Below are positions 54,782 through 63,999 of a stretch of DNA of 64,000 bases, one piece after another. Below the pieces are notes generated by a model. The model was not told the origin of the DNA and ran no database searches. It saw only the letters and a list, made by a program, of their open reading frames with translations. The DNA is from Thermoguttaceae bacterium (lineage in GTDB: Bacteria > Planctomycetota > Planctomycetia > Pirellulales > Thermoguttaceae), in contig JAFZNK010000333.1 of assembly GCA_017550965.1 (NCBI GenBank), forward strand, positions 3,935 through 67,934. The letters run 5' to 3'. The first letter of the stretch is position 1, and every line of letters begins with the position of its first letter. The position numbers and the translations under genes were made by a program.

Positions 54782-56110
54782 CTAACGAATTACCGTAATA
54801 GGGGCGTATGCCGAACTTGGCGACGGCTCCCATGAAGCGGAATTAGCCGTGTCGACGTCGTCTACTGATTCAGAGGGAGCGTTTTGTAAGGTTGCCGACG
54901 TCCATTCAGGGAATACTTCGACGTCTCCCTCTTCCTGTTTGGGGAACGCAGGCGCATAATCATTGACCTTCGCGGATTCCTCCAGAGAAGTAACATGTCT
55001 TGGCTCATCGATTTCAGACGAGGATTGGGAACTAATTGACGCTGAAGAATCGATTCTTGCTCTATCAAGCACAAATCCACTCGCCGTGACAACGATTTCT
55101 TGTGGTTCGTTATCGTCTGACCCGCTTTGTTGTGTGGCGACGACAATAGTTCCGGAGAAATCCCCTTTTTCTCCAGTCGCTTTGAAAGTGACAGGAACTA
55201 CGTGAACCGTACGCGTTAGGTCTGTTTTCAAAAACGTCAAGCGGGGATCTGACGACGAAACGCTGACAATTTTGAACGGAGTTGAACCGCTGACGACCAA
55301 ATTTTTGGTTATTTGGGCGTTGGGTTCTACGATTCCAAGTTGCAAGTGACTAGGTTTCGCGCTTAATGGTTCGACGACGAGCCCCTGAAGCGGCAAAAAA
55401 ATAGACGACGTCGCTCTGTCAATTTCGTTGGTTTGAAATTTTAGTAGATCATGAACGTACCCCGGTTTCGCGTCTGATTTGAGTTCCACAAAAATCTCGT
55501 AAACGACGCTACCTCCCTGACGTTTTACTTCACGGGCTTCTGCGCGGACGCCTGGATTTGTTTTTTGGACGCTTGTTAGAGCCCAATCGGGGCGGCCTTC
55601 GTATTGGAGGAACGCCTTTTTAACGACCGATTCTCCTTGACGTACAGAACCGAATTCGATAATTCCCGGCTCAAAACCGACGTCTGGACGAATATATGTT
55701 TTAACTTGTAGTTGAACCTCGGCATAACTCGGCTTGCTAAATATTACCCGAATTGTCGCTTTTCGTTGTTTTGTATGTTCTTTTCCAGACGTGTCGACGC
55801 GAGCTACAATTTCGCCAACTTCATTAGGACGTACGACTGTTTTGGACGCCGACGCTTTGGTGCATCCGCAATTTGACGAAACTGAGGAAATGACGACGTC
55901 TTCGTTGTAGATATTTTTAAATTGGAAATGTTGTTCGACGTTGGCATGCAACGCTACGCTGCCAAAATCGTGCACTCGTTCCGTGCCCATTTCACTGAAC
56001 ATTTTGACTGCCCATTGACTTGTTTGAGCGTATAACGACGAGACAGTTGACAAGGCTAGCCAAAAAGTCAAGACTAATGAAAAAAACATACAACGACTGT
56101 TTCTTCTCAT
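54782..56110 (-). CDS. Secreted DUF1573-domain protein with additional Ig-like repeats and an acidic tail
   Basis: The ATG at 56110 gives MRRNSRCMFFSLVLTFWLALSTVSSLYA (signal). HDFGSVALHANVEQHFQFKNIYNEDVVISSVSSNCGCTKA is the DUF1573 hallmark. Confidence 0.8.
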   Translation of the reverse strand: MRRNSRCMFFSLVLTFWLALSTVSSLYAQTSQWAVKMFSEMGTERVHDFGSVALHANVEQHFQFKNIYNEDVVISSVSSNCGCTKASASKTVVRPNEVGEIVARVDTSGKEHTKQRKATIRVIFSKPSYAEVQLQVKTYIRPDVGFEPGIIEFGSVRQGESVVKKAFLQYEGRPDWALTSVQKTNPGVRAEAREVKRQGGSVVYEIFVELKSDAKPGYVHDLLKFQTNEIDRATSSIFLPLQGLVVEPLSAKPSHLQLGIVEPNAQITKNLVVSGSTPFKIVSVSSSDPRLTFLKTDLTRTVHVVPVTFKATGEKGDFSGTIVVATQQSGSDDNEPQEIVVTASGFVLDRARIDSSASISSQSSSEIDEPRHVTSLEESAKVNDYAPAFPKQEEGDVEVFPEWTSATLQNAPSESVDDVDTANSASWEPSPSSAYAPITVIR

Positions 56111-56617
56111 CTGTTTATTTCCTTCGTCTGAACTTTTCTTTTGGGAATTCTGTTGATCGTTCCAACTTATCAACGAAAAAACGACGCATTAATCAACCTG
56201 ATAGTAAACGCCGTTCCTGTTTTTCCGCACAAGGAAACTATTAACTTTAGTGAGACTGGCTTCCGTTGTCGCACCGTTTCCTCTGTATCGGTCATTTAAT
56301 TTGTCATTATTAGGAAAAACGACAAAATCGTTGCGCTTTTACTTGTGCCGAAAAATCGTCAGTTATTCGTCTCTTTTTGACGTTGGAAGAAGCCTTTCTA
56401 CTTGTTTGAGGCGAGAGGGCTGTGCTTGCGATAACAATTATTTCGATTTGATAAAGCGATTAATAAAAGTTGTTGTTTTAAAGCCCTCTTTGAATAACGC
56501 GGCTTAATTTTTCAACCGATTTAAACCAGAAGCGCTGTTGGACCATGCGCTGAACGTCAATTATGTTTATGTCGGTTATAACGGGCGACAAAAGTTTTCA
56601 CATTACGACATACATTG

Positions 56618-56645
56618 TTGAAGTATTTTGACATTTTGATAAAAT
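56618..56645 (+). promoter_or_regulatory. Sigma-70-like promoter candidate upstream of the transglutaminase-like/TPR gene
   Basis: TTGAAG (56618-56623), a 16-nt spacer, then TAAAAT (56640-56645), about 200 bp upstream of the TTG start at 56846. The consensus is borrowed from E. coli. Confidence 0.25.
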
Positions 56646-56845
56646 TTTGGCAGTTGTAATACAAACTATTTCGACAAGAAGCGTATTTCTCAAAAAGGAT
56701 ACGACGTAATGTGCGTCAACGACGTGTCGTCGAGCCGTCTTGTTCCGTTGAGAACGTTTTTAAGTTGAATTGTTTTGGACGAATTAGGGCGTTTATTCTA
56801 ATAGTTGAAACGACGTTCCAGCCTTATTGTTGTTAGAGAACTGCT

Positions 56846-58885
56846 TTGAATAATTGCCGTTATTCCCGACATTGCGCCGTAAGTCCGACTCGTCGGCGTT
56901 ACGTTGACCTAATCGCCCGGTGGGGACTGATTGTCGTCGTCATATTCGTTTTGACGTCGTCGTCAGCGGGCTTTGCCCAATTTCCTTTACGCGGCGGCAA
57001 TCGAACGTTCGAGGGCGGTTCTCGCGTTTCTCAAGTAACGAGAACAAACGGGAGTGCGCGATCCAGCGTGGGAGCTTTCCCGACTCAGTCCCAGCCGGAT
57101 GCCAGTCGGGAAGAGTCTACCAACTCTTATGAAAAGCTTTCTTCGACGGGGACGACTCATTCGGCGAAACGTATCCAATCTGCCCAGGATCCTCGTTTGT
57201 CAGTTCGAGACGTCACAAGGGGGACGGCAAGGAGCGGTCAGGGAAGTCTTGACGTATCGCCGCGGACATTTGATACCTCCCGTTCAAGCGATGGGGATCA
57301 TAATTCCAGCGACGAGATTGCTACGACGGTTAAACCGTCCTCCCGTTTAAAGGTGACAGACGGTCAATATGATTTCTTACGCGTTGTTTCTGCCGATCAA
57401 CTTAGCAATTTTTCCGTCCCGTCAGACGGCGCCATAATTGTATTGCCTCGTCGGAACTTCTTAATAGCCGACAAGGAACTTGCTGAGAGCGAGCAAAAGA
57501 GCAATGAGAGAGCTTCTTCGCAAGACGCGTCCAAACAGCAGAACTTGACAAGTGAGAAGGGAAGAATATCTGCGCTGGCTCAGGAACGGCCAAAAGTTGA
57601 CGTGTCGTCGAATAGGACCCCCCAGCGAACAGGAGAATTACCGAACGATTACGTAGTCTTTTCTTTGACTAACTTGAACAAAGACGAACAACTTCTGCTT
57701 CGAGACGCGCAAAATGGACGATGGGATTCCGAGGATCTTCTCAACGCTTCTTTGATTGCCGAGGGGTTGACGACTCAAGATAGTCGCGCTCATTATCGTT
57801 CACGTTTTGAAACGTTGCTGGCGGCGTTAAAAAGTCAAACGAACGATATGAGCGACGAGTTAATGAAGACGGAGCGCGTTTATAATTTTTTACATAGCTC
57901 CACGTTAGTGTCTGCGTATAATCTCAATTGCTCGAGCGTTGCCGCTTCTTTAGACTCAGGCGTGTTTAATTGCGTGAGCGCCACCGTTTTATTCAATTGT
58001 TTCGCGTCTCGCGTCGGACTTGAAGTCGCCGCGTTAGAAACGACGGGACACGCGAAAAGTCGTGTGAAGTATGACGATTCGTATTTGGATATTGAAACGA
58101 CTTGCGCCAGTTGGGATAGTTTGCCCGATCACATTCAGGCGTATCCTCCGGCATATGTTGAACGTCGTAAATCCGAAAAATTAAAGAGTGTTTTCGTCGC
58201 CGACGAGCGATATTCAGAGACGCCAGCCGATAGTTTGCCCGACGTCGAGGTCGCTCATTTTGATAACGACGATTTTCCTGAGGAATCTTCAAAAAGTCTT
58301 AAGAGTCGCGAGCGTAAGGCTACCGGAAGAGTGTCGTTTAAACCTGTTGTTTTTGACGATCAGCAGACTGATGAGCAAACTCCTTCGGCCGAGGCATTTG
58401 AGAGCGGCAAAGATTATCCGTTGTTGGACGGGTACACAACATTCACAATTGACGCTGACGCTCCTATGGGACATTCCTTCACTCGTACGCGTCGTCCTAT
58501 GCATGAAATATCAGACGTCGAATTGGTCGCTACGATCTACTATAACGTAGGAGTTGATCGTTATCAATCCGGCGACTACGAAAGCGCGATAGTTTCCTAT
58601 ATAAAGGCCGCGCAGTTGGCTCCAAATAATTTAACGATTCTCGGCAATCTGAAGGCCACGTTGAATAATTGGGCTATCGACGTTGCGACGAAGGAAAAAA
58701 AATATTCCACGGCAATTCGTATAACGGAGCTTGGGCTTAAAATTGATCCCGATTTTCACGAATTCAATATGAACATGCCAATCTTTTTCCGAGATTGGAT
58801 TGAACATTTAGCTAAAGACAATAAATGGGACGAAGTTCAACGCGTTCATGAAGAATATTGGAGATTGTTCCCAAAAGACAAATAG
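56846..58885 (+). CDS. Membrane-anchored protein with a disordered Ser/Arg-rich region, a transglutaminase-like Cys-protease-fold core and C-terminal TPR repeats
   Basis: The only start is TTG at 56846. The signal/TM is WGLIVVVIFVLTSSSAGFA. GVFNCVSATVLFNCFASRVGLEVAALETTGHAKSRV resembles a transglutaminase-like Cys...His core. The TPR-like segment is YYNVGVDRYQSGDYESAIVSYIKAAQLAPNN. Confidence 0.5.
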   Translation: MNNCRYSRHCAVSPTRRRYVDLIARWGLIVVVIFVLTSSSAGFAQFPLRGGNRTFEGGSRVSQVTRTNGSARSSVGAFPTQSQPDASREESTNSYEKLSSTGTTHSAKRIQSAQDPRLSVRDVTRGTARSGQGSLDVSPRTFDTSRSSDGDHNSSDEIATTVKPSSRLKVTDGQYDFLRVVSADQLSNFSVPSDGAIIVLPRRNFLIADKELAESEQKSNERASSQDASKQQNLTSEKGRISALAQERPKVDVSSNRTPQRTGELPNDYVVFSLTNLNKDEQLLLRDAQNGRWDSEDLLNASLIAEGLTTQDSRAHYRSRFETLLAALKSQTNDMSDELMKTERVYNFLHSSTLVSAYNLNCSSVAASLDSGVFNCVSATVLFNCFASRVGLEVAALETTGHAKSRVKYDDSYLDIETTCASWDSLPDHIQAYPPAYVERRKSEKLKSVFVADERYSETPADSLPDVEVAHFDNDDFPEESSKSLKSRERKATGRVSFKPVVFDDQQTDEQTPSAEAFESGKDYPLLDGYTTFTIDADAPMGHSFTRTRRPMHEISDVELVATIYYNVGVDRYQSGDYESAIVSYIKAAQLAPNNLTILGNLKATLNNWAIDVATKEKKYSTAIRITELGLKIDPDFHEFNMNMPIFFRDWIEHLAKDNKWDEVQRVHEEYWRLFPKDK

Positions 58886-58921
58886 ACGACGTTGCCGCAA
58901 CGACAACTGGTTGAAACAATT

Positions 58922-58957
58922 AAAGAGGACGTTTCTTACAAAGAAAACGTCCTCTTT
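58922..58957. terminator. Bidirectional rho-independent terminator between convergent genes
   Basis: AAAGAGGACGTTT (58922-58934) pairs with AAACGTCCTCTTT (58945-58957), a perfect 13-bp stem. A/T runs on both sides lie between the stops at 58885 (+) and 58965 (-). Confidence 0.65.
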
Positions 58958-58964
58958 AATCGTT

Positions 58965-59951
58965 TCAATAACGTTGAGACGTCGGTGGAACATAAACTGA
59001 TCCCGGATTGATTTTTGAACCGTATCCGAGGTCCAGTTCATAGTTTGATGCTGGATCAATCGCGCTTGCTACCTTGGTTGGCGTCGTGGTCTGCGAACTT
59101 GCAACGGACTCTTTTGGGGGTGGAATTGTCGCTGCCTGTGAAGATTCATCCTGGACGACCTCTTCTCCGGATTCTTCTATGTCCAGAGTTTCTTCTTCGT
59201 CTTCAACGGCGTTAGCCAAACCCTCTTCTCTTATTTTTTGCAATCTTTCAATAGCTTTTTCGTCCAACTCATGATATACGGCGTCTGAGCGTACGGAGGC
59301 GGTTTCGTTGCGAGACACCTCTTCTCCGAACGTGTTAGGAAGCGCTTGATCTCCGCCTAAGCGTATTCCCGCGTCGTCGTAGGTTGCTGTGGAGAAAGGC
59401 CCCGCGCCAAAAATCCATCGATCTCGTATTTGAGCTGTTTTGGTGTCGATTCCAGACTGCCAAATAATTGATCCCGTGGTCTTGTTATAAGCCCACATGA
59501 CCAACTTCACCTGCGCTTTTTGATCGGTGCGTTTGATTAATGCAAATTCAGGAATAGACGTCGCTGTAGTAAGGGTGCCGATCGCAGGAACCGTCGTCTC
59601 GGGAATTCCATACATTAGCTCGTATCGATTAGTGCCAACTGTGCCAGGCGCAATTTCGACAATGTAATCAGCGGCTTCTTCCGTATCTTTAACGAACGCC
59701 CCATTAGCGGCCAATTCCTGACGAATGAGACTCTTGAGATAATCGCTGTCTGTAGTCGTGTTGGCGCATTTTACAAATACTTTAAGACCTGATAGACGCG
59801 AATAGTCGTATCCGTCCGCCAGATCTTCCATTGCGCTTGAAATCAATAATTGCTCCGTCGCCGTACGCCCCGTGTCTGAAAATTTTGTAGTACCGCATCC
59901 CAAGGTCAAACTACACGCCGCAATCAACGTTAGCAACGTCTTCCAACGCAT
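58965..59951 (-). CDS. Hypothetical lipoprotein with an acidic, Pro/Ser-rich C-terminal tail
   Basis: The ATG at 59951 gives MRWKTLLTLIAACSLTLGCGT (lipobox LTLGC). The mature alpha/beta-looking domain (LKVFVKCANTTTDSDYLKSLIRQELAANGAFV...) loosely recalls LpoB/CsgG-like lipoprotein folds. No motif is diagnostic. Confidence 0.55.
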   Translation of the reverse strand: MRWKTLLTLIAACSLTLGCGTTKFSDTGRTATEQLLISSAMEDLADGYDYSRLSGLKVFVKCANTTTDSDYLKSLIRQELAANGAFVKDTEEAADYIVEIAPGTVGTNRYELMYGIPETTVPAIGTLTTATSIPEFALIKRTDQKAQVKLVMWAYNKTTGSIIWQSGIDTKTAQIRDRWIFGAGPFSTATYDDAGIRLGGDQALPNTFGEEVSRNETASVRSDAVYHELDEKAIERLQKIREEGLANAVEDEEETLDIEESGEEVVQDESSQAATIPPPKESVASSQTTTPTKVASAIDPASNYELDLGYGSKINPGSVYVPPTSQRY

Positions 59952-60249
59952 GGAGACGTCGCGTGTTGAGGATAGACCGTCACTCGATCTTCCGCTTTGA
60001 AAAGCGTTTGTCGGCAAGGTCAGACGTGATAGTTGCATAATAAAAACTCCTTGTAGGATTTTTTAGAACGGCTTTATCTTCCAAACAAAACGTCCGGCGC
60101 ATAAATATGACTGGACGTCATCCAGTCAAATCGCTTTTGGCGCTCTTGTTTAGTCGATAAAACGACGTAGCCGGAGTATAGACATTCCTTTTACTTTTGG
60201 AAAGTCCTATTTTGAACCTAACGGAGGATGAAGAGAACGTTTGCCAAGA

Positions 60250-60293
60250 AGAACAAAAAAGAGATCGACTCGATTGATGGAAGTCGATCTCTT
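60250..60293 (-). terminator. Rho-independent terminator after aas
   Basis: AAGAGATCGACT (60259-60270) pairs with AGTCGATCTCTT (60282-60293), a perfect 12-bp stem. On the minus strand it is followed by TTTTGTTCTTC. It lies 31 bp downstream of the stop at 60324. Confidence 0.65.
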
Positions 60294-60323
60294 GCGATTT
60301 TTAAGAGGAACCGTTGATTTGCA

Positions 60324-62648
60324 TTAGATCTCGTGGTCAAGACCATAAAGCTGCAACGCCGTCTTTTTGATTCCTTTCAAATCAAGCTTTCCCGTTCCCA
60401 GAAGCGGGATTTTTTCAATTTGTTTGAAGTTTGAGGGAGCGGGAATCCAGAGCGCGGGCAAAAGGTCGAGTTCGCTCGCCCTCTTGCATATTTCATCGGG
60501 CGTAAATGGAAGATCGACGTATAACACGACGAGTTTTTCACCTTTTTTTTCGTCTGGCACGGCGGTGACGACCATTTGATAATCGTTTTCTTCATCGTCG
60601 CAAGCAGGTTTTGCCGTCCCTGAATTCTCCTGAACGAGCGCTTTTAACGCGTAGGCAAGTCGTTCTTCAATTAAGCCGTGAGGAGCTTTTTCGCCGCCTA
60701 TTTTCGAAATGCGCATTTCGCGACCAGTGATAAAAATAAAGTTATAGTCGTCTATATGCGCGACGTCGCCCGTTACGTACCAGTCGCCTTTAAATATCTT
60801 AGCGGTATTTTCAGGGTCGTTAAAATATCCTGGGGTGACGGAGTTGCCTTTGATAAGAAGCATTCCCGATTCATTTGGGGGAGTTTCTTCGCCGGTGTCC
60901 ATATCAACGACTTTGGCGACAAAATTGGGATTGGCGCGTCCTACGGATCCTTCGTTATGATATGGGGTGATATTGTCAGGGGCGCGATGCTGAGGAATGT
61001 TATGACAAAGAACTGGCGATAACTCAGTCGCTCCGAAACCCTCGTTTAACTCGTGGCCAAATTTTTCTTTCCAGGCGACAAAGAGCTCTTTGGACGTTTT
61101 CTCGGCGCCGGGAACAGGAAAAATAACTTCTTCAAAGTCTTCTTTCGGGCATTTTCGCACGTAGGTTCGCATAAACGTCGGCGTTGAAATGAAGATCGAG
61201 GGTTTATGCTTTCTGGCCATTGCGCCGACAACTTTATAATCCAACGGATTATAGTGGTAAACGCATGGAGCGGCCTGTATGAGTGGAAACCATACGGTCA
61301 CTGTGTAGCCGAACGAGTGGAAAAAGGGGAGCGTTCCAAAAAGCGAATCTGTTTTTTCTGCCATTGCCGATTGGATGAAACTCTGACAGTTGGCTGCAAT
61401 GTTGAGGTTGGTCAGAATGGTTCCCTTGGGCATTCCGGTCGAGCCGCTCGTAAATACGACGGTATTTGTGTCGGTCAATTGTTGCCTGGTAAGACCGAGC
61501 GCTCGCTCCAAAATAAACTTAGGCAGGAGCGATTGAATCAAAGCGACAATTTTGTCGGACGTTCGAATTTGCGTCTTTGCTAAGTCTTCGAGAACGAGGA
61601 GATCGGCGTTAACCTGGAGCTTAGGTAATTTCTTTAATAGTTGCGCCGAAGTTATCACTTTTTTTACATTGACTCTTTCAATGCAGTTGTTAATAACTTC
61701 GTTGGTAAACGTATAGTTCAAATTAACCGGGATTCGATGATCAAACGATATCGCGGCGTTCGCAAGGACGCCGCCGACGGACGTGGGAAGGATAACTCCA
61801 ACATACTCTTCCTGACCTAGTATTCTATGGAAGACGCGTCTAAGGACGAGTATTTCAAGGAGCGCTCTTGCGCCAGTAACCTCTTTTCCCGTCGAATCGG
61901 CAAGAAATCTCCGCTTTGAACCAAATTGCCGACAGCCCCGAATCGCCCCTCGGGTTGGGGGAATCAACCAGACGTTCTCTGGATGTTTTTTAAAGTCGCA
62001 GGCGTCGACGCAGAGCTCCTGGACAATATGCAGGAGTTGCTGGGAAATCTGGGCGTCCGATTGATTGCTCGCACGGGCCTTGGAGACGCTAAAAGGTTTC
62101 CCATAGGAAATGCAAGGACGATATGTCGGATAGTTCTTATGTAATTTGGCCTTTGCATAAGCCCAGCGCGAACCGTAGAATCCAACGATTCCAAACGGAA
62201 TAATCGGCGCTTCCGGGGTTTTTTTGAGGACGGTTAAAAAACCTCTTTGAAAGGCTCGAACCTGTCCGTCCCTTGTTAAAGCTCCTTCTGCGAATATGCA
62301 AACCAAATCGCCGTTTTGCAACGCTTCTTGCGCGGCGCGGATCATTTTTACGCTTGACGCTTTATTGCCTGGTATGAAACTGATCACGCCTGTTTTGCGA
62401 ATTACATACTGCGCTAACTTACTTTTCTTCGGAAGAAAATTTGTGTCGGCGATAAAACGGACGGGACGTTTGGACGTGCAATAAACGATAAGCGAGTCTA
62501 AAAAGGTAAAGTGATTGCCAACAAGCAGCGCCGCTCCGTTTTGCGGAATATTTTCCACTTCCAGCGCGTGAAGCCGATAACACACTCGGAGCCAGAGTTT
62601 AACGCAAGTTCGTAAAAAGGAAATGAATATTTTGTCAAAACTAGTCAA
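60324..62648 (-). CDS. aas: Bifunctional 2-acylglycerophosphoethanolamine acyltransferase / acyl-ACP synthetase (Aas-like)
   Basis: The N-terminal PlsC-type H-x4-D box is VGNHFTFLDS, with FAEGALTRDG. The adenylate-forming domain has FTSGSTGMPKG and YVTGDV. The TTG start at 62648 overlaps the upstream stop by 8 nt. Confidence 0.85.
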   Translation of the reverse strand: MTSFDKIFISFLRTCVKLWLRVCYRLHALEVENIPQNGAALLVGNHFTFLDSLIVYCTSKRPVRFIADTNFLPKKSKLAQYVIRKTGVISFIPGNKASSVKMIRAAQEALQNGDLVCIFAEGALTRDGQVRAFQRGFLTVLKKTPEAPIIPFGIVGFYGSRWAYAKAKLHKNYPTYRPCISYGKPFSVSKARASNQSDAQISQQLLHIVQELCVDACDFKKHPENVWLIPPTRGAIRGCRQFGSKRRFLADSTGKEVTGARALLEILVLRRVFHRILGQEEYVGVILPTSVGGVLANAAISFDHRIPVNLNYTFTNEVINNCIERVNVKKVITSAQLLKKLPKLQVNADLLVLEDLAKTQIRTSDKIVALIQSLLPKFILERALGLTRQQLTDTNTVVFTSGSTGMPKGTILTNLNIAANCQSFIQSAMAEKTDSLFGTLPFFHSFGYTVTVWFPLIQAAPCVYHYNPLDYKVVGAMARKHKPSIFISTPTFMRTYVRKCPKEDFEEVIFPVPGAEKTSKELFVAWKEKFGHELNEGFGATELSPVLCHNIPQHRAPDNITPYHNEGSVGRANPNFVAKVVDMDTGEETPPNESGMLLIKGNSVTPGYFNDPENTAKIFKGDWYVTGDVAHIDDYNFIFITGREMRISKIGGEKAPHGLIEERLAYALKALVQENSGTAKPACDDEENDYQMVVTAVPDEKKGEKLVVLYVDLPFTPDEICKRASELDLLPALWIPAPSNFKQIEKIPLLGTGKLDLKGIKKTALQLYGLDHEI

Positions 62649-63999
62649 CTTGAGTTTCTCCTTTGGCCGCGTTTTTAAACGGAAGCGGAAACGCTCTATA
62701 AGAGTAAACTAAAACCGGGACGGATATAAAGGCGCAGAACAACCAAATTTGCGTAGCGGATAGTCCTATTTTTTGACCGCCGACCCCGTGAATTGGCGGA
62801 GCGGCGAGAACGCCCTGAAGGAGTGAAAAAATTGCCATCGCCGCAAATGAACAGAAATTATAAGCCGCTAAAATACGACATCTAAATTCCGGGGGGCTCT
62901 TCATCTGAAGAGTCGCTAGCAGGGGCACGTCGTATAATCCGGCTGAAATGCCGAGTAAAAAAAGACTGATCGCGCCAAAAATAAAACCAAACGTTATTGG
63001 CGACGAAACCGCGTCTGAGGAAGTTGGTTGAAGCGCAGCGCCGTCCGTTGCCACGTTTTGCGAAGGGACGCCGTCTAATGTTGACGCAACTGTTACGTCG
63101 CTTGCCGACGGCGTTACCCGAGGGGTAAAGAAAAGGAGCGTGCAAAACGACACGATGAAAAGCGCGCCAATTGGCACAAGTCCCAGTTCAATTTTTCCAC
63201 GTGAAAGACGACCGGCCAGAAGCGCGCCAAGGGCAAGTCCGAGGGAAAGGGAGACGACAAGAACGGCCACGTATTCCTGGGAAACGTGTAGATATTCTGT
63301 CGCGAATTTATCAATGTTTACCTGCGCTAACGCTCCTAATCCCCAGAAGAACGCGCTCAATATGGCGATCCAGAACAGGAAGCGCTGTCGAAAAAGGAAG
63401 AGCAGATCTTTACAGGTCTGACTGAAAGGATTGATCGGGAATTTTGCGTTCGGATCGGCAGCTTTGATTGAGGGTATGAATAAACTCGATATTAGACCGA
63501 CAATCGCAACACCGACTATTGTCGCAGACCAAATCTGCCAGTGGTACATCCCTCCTTCGCCTGGAGTGGGAGCTTCGTGGTTTAACGTCGTAAGCGCGAA
63601 AAGGATTCCGCCGATTCCCGTTCCGCCGATACACGCTATCATTGTGGTCATCGAAAAGTACCCGTTAGCTTCTGAAATCCGTTCCTTTGCCACGAGATTC
63701 GGAAGACTTCCGTATTTGGCGGGGCTGAAAAACGTGCTTTGCGACGCCATTAGAAAGAGCGTTACGAGCATAAACGGCACTGATCTGGATAGAATTGCCG
63801 CCGTTCCCACAAGCATAATGATAAGTTCAGCGATCTTGCACCAAATTAGGACGTAACGACGATTGTAACGATCGCAAGCGTACCCCGCGTAAGAAGCCAG
63901 AAGCATGAACGGAAGGACAAAAGCAAGCGAACCTATCATGCGAATTTGGTCCGTTTTATCCGTCCAACCGATTGCCCATTTACCAATTGGAATGATTAG
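62641..63999 (-). CDS. lplT: MFS transporter, lysophospholipid transporter LplT-like (5' end outside the window)
   Basis: The frame stays open upstream of the ORF-track Met through the window end (...LIIPIGKWAIGWTDKTDQIRMIGSL...). The protein is a polytopic MFS pattern and is translationally coupled to aas, as with the adjacent lplT and aas genes of E. coli. Confidence 0.7.
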   Translation of the reverse strand, partial: LIIPIGKWAIGWTDKTDQIRMIGSLAFVLPFMLLASYAGYACDRYNRRYVLIWCKIAELIIMLVGTAAILSRSVPFMLVTLFLMASQSTFFSPAKYGSLPNLVAKERISEANGYFSMTTMIACIGGTGIGGILFALTTLNHEAPTPGEGGMYHWQIWSATIVGVAIVGLISSLFIPSIKAADPNAKFPINPFSQTCKDLLFLFRQRFLFWIAILSAFFWGLGALAQVNIDKFATEYLHVSQEYVAVLVVSLSLGLALGALLAGRLSRGKIELGLVPIGALFIVSFCTLLFFTPRVTPSASDVTVASTLDGVPSQNVATDGAALQPTSSDAVSSPITFGFIFGAISLFLLGISAGLYDVPLLATLQMKSPPEFRCRILAAYNFCSFAAMAIFSLLQGVLAAPPIHGVGGQKIGLSATQIWLFCAFISVPVLVYSYRAFPLPFKNAAKGETQVD

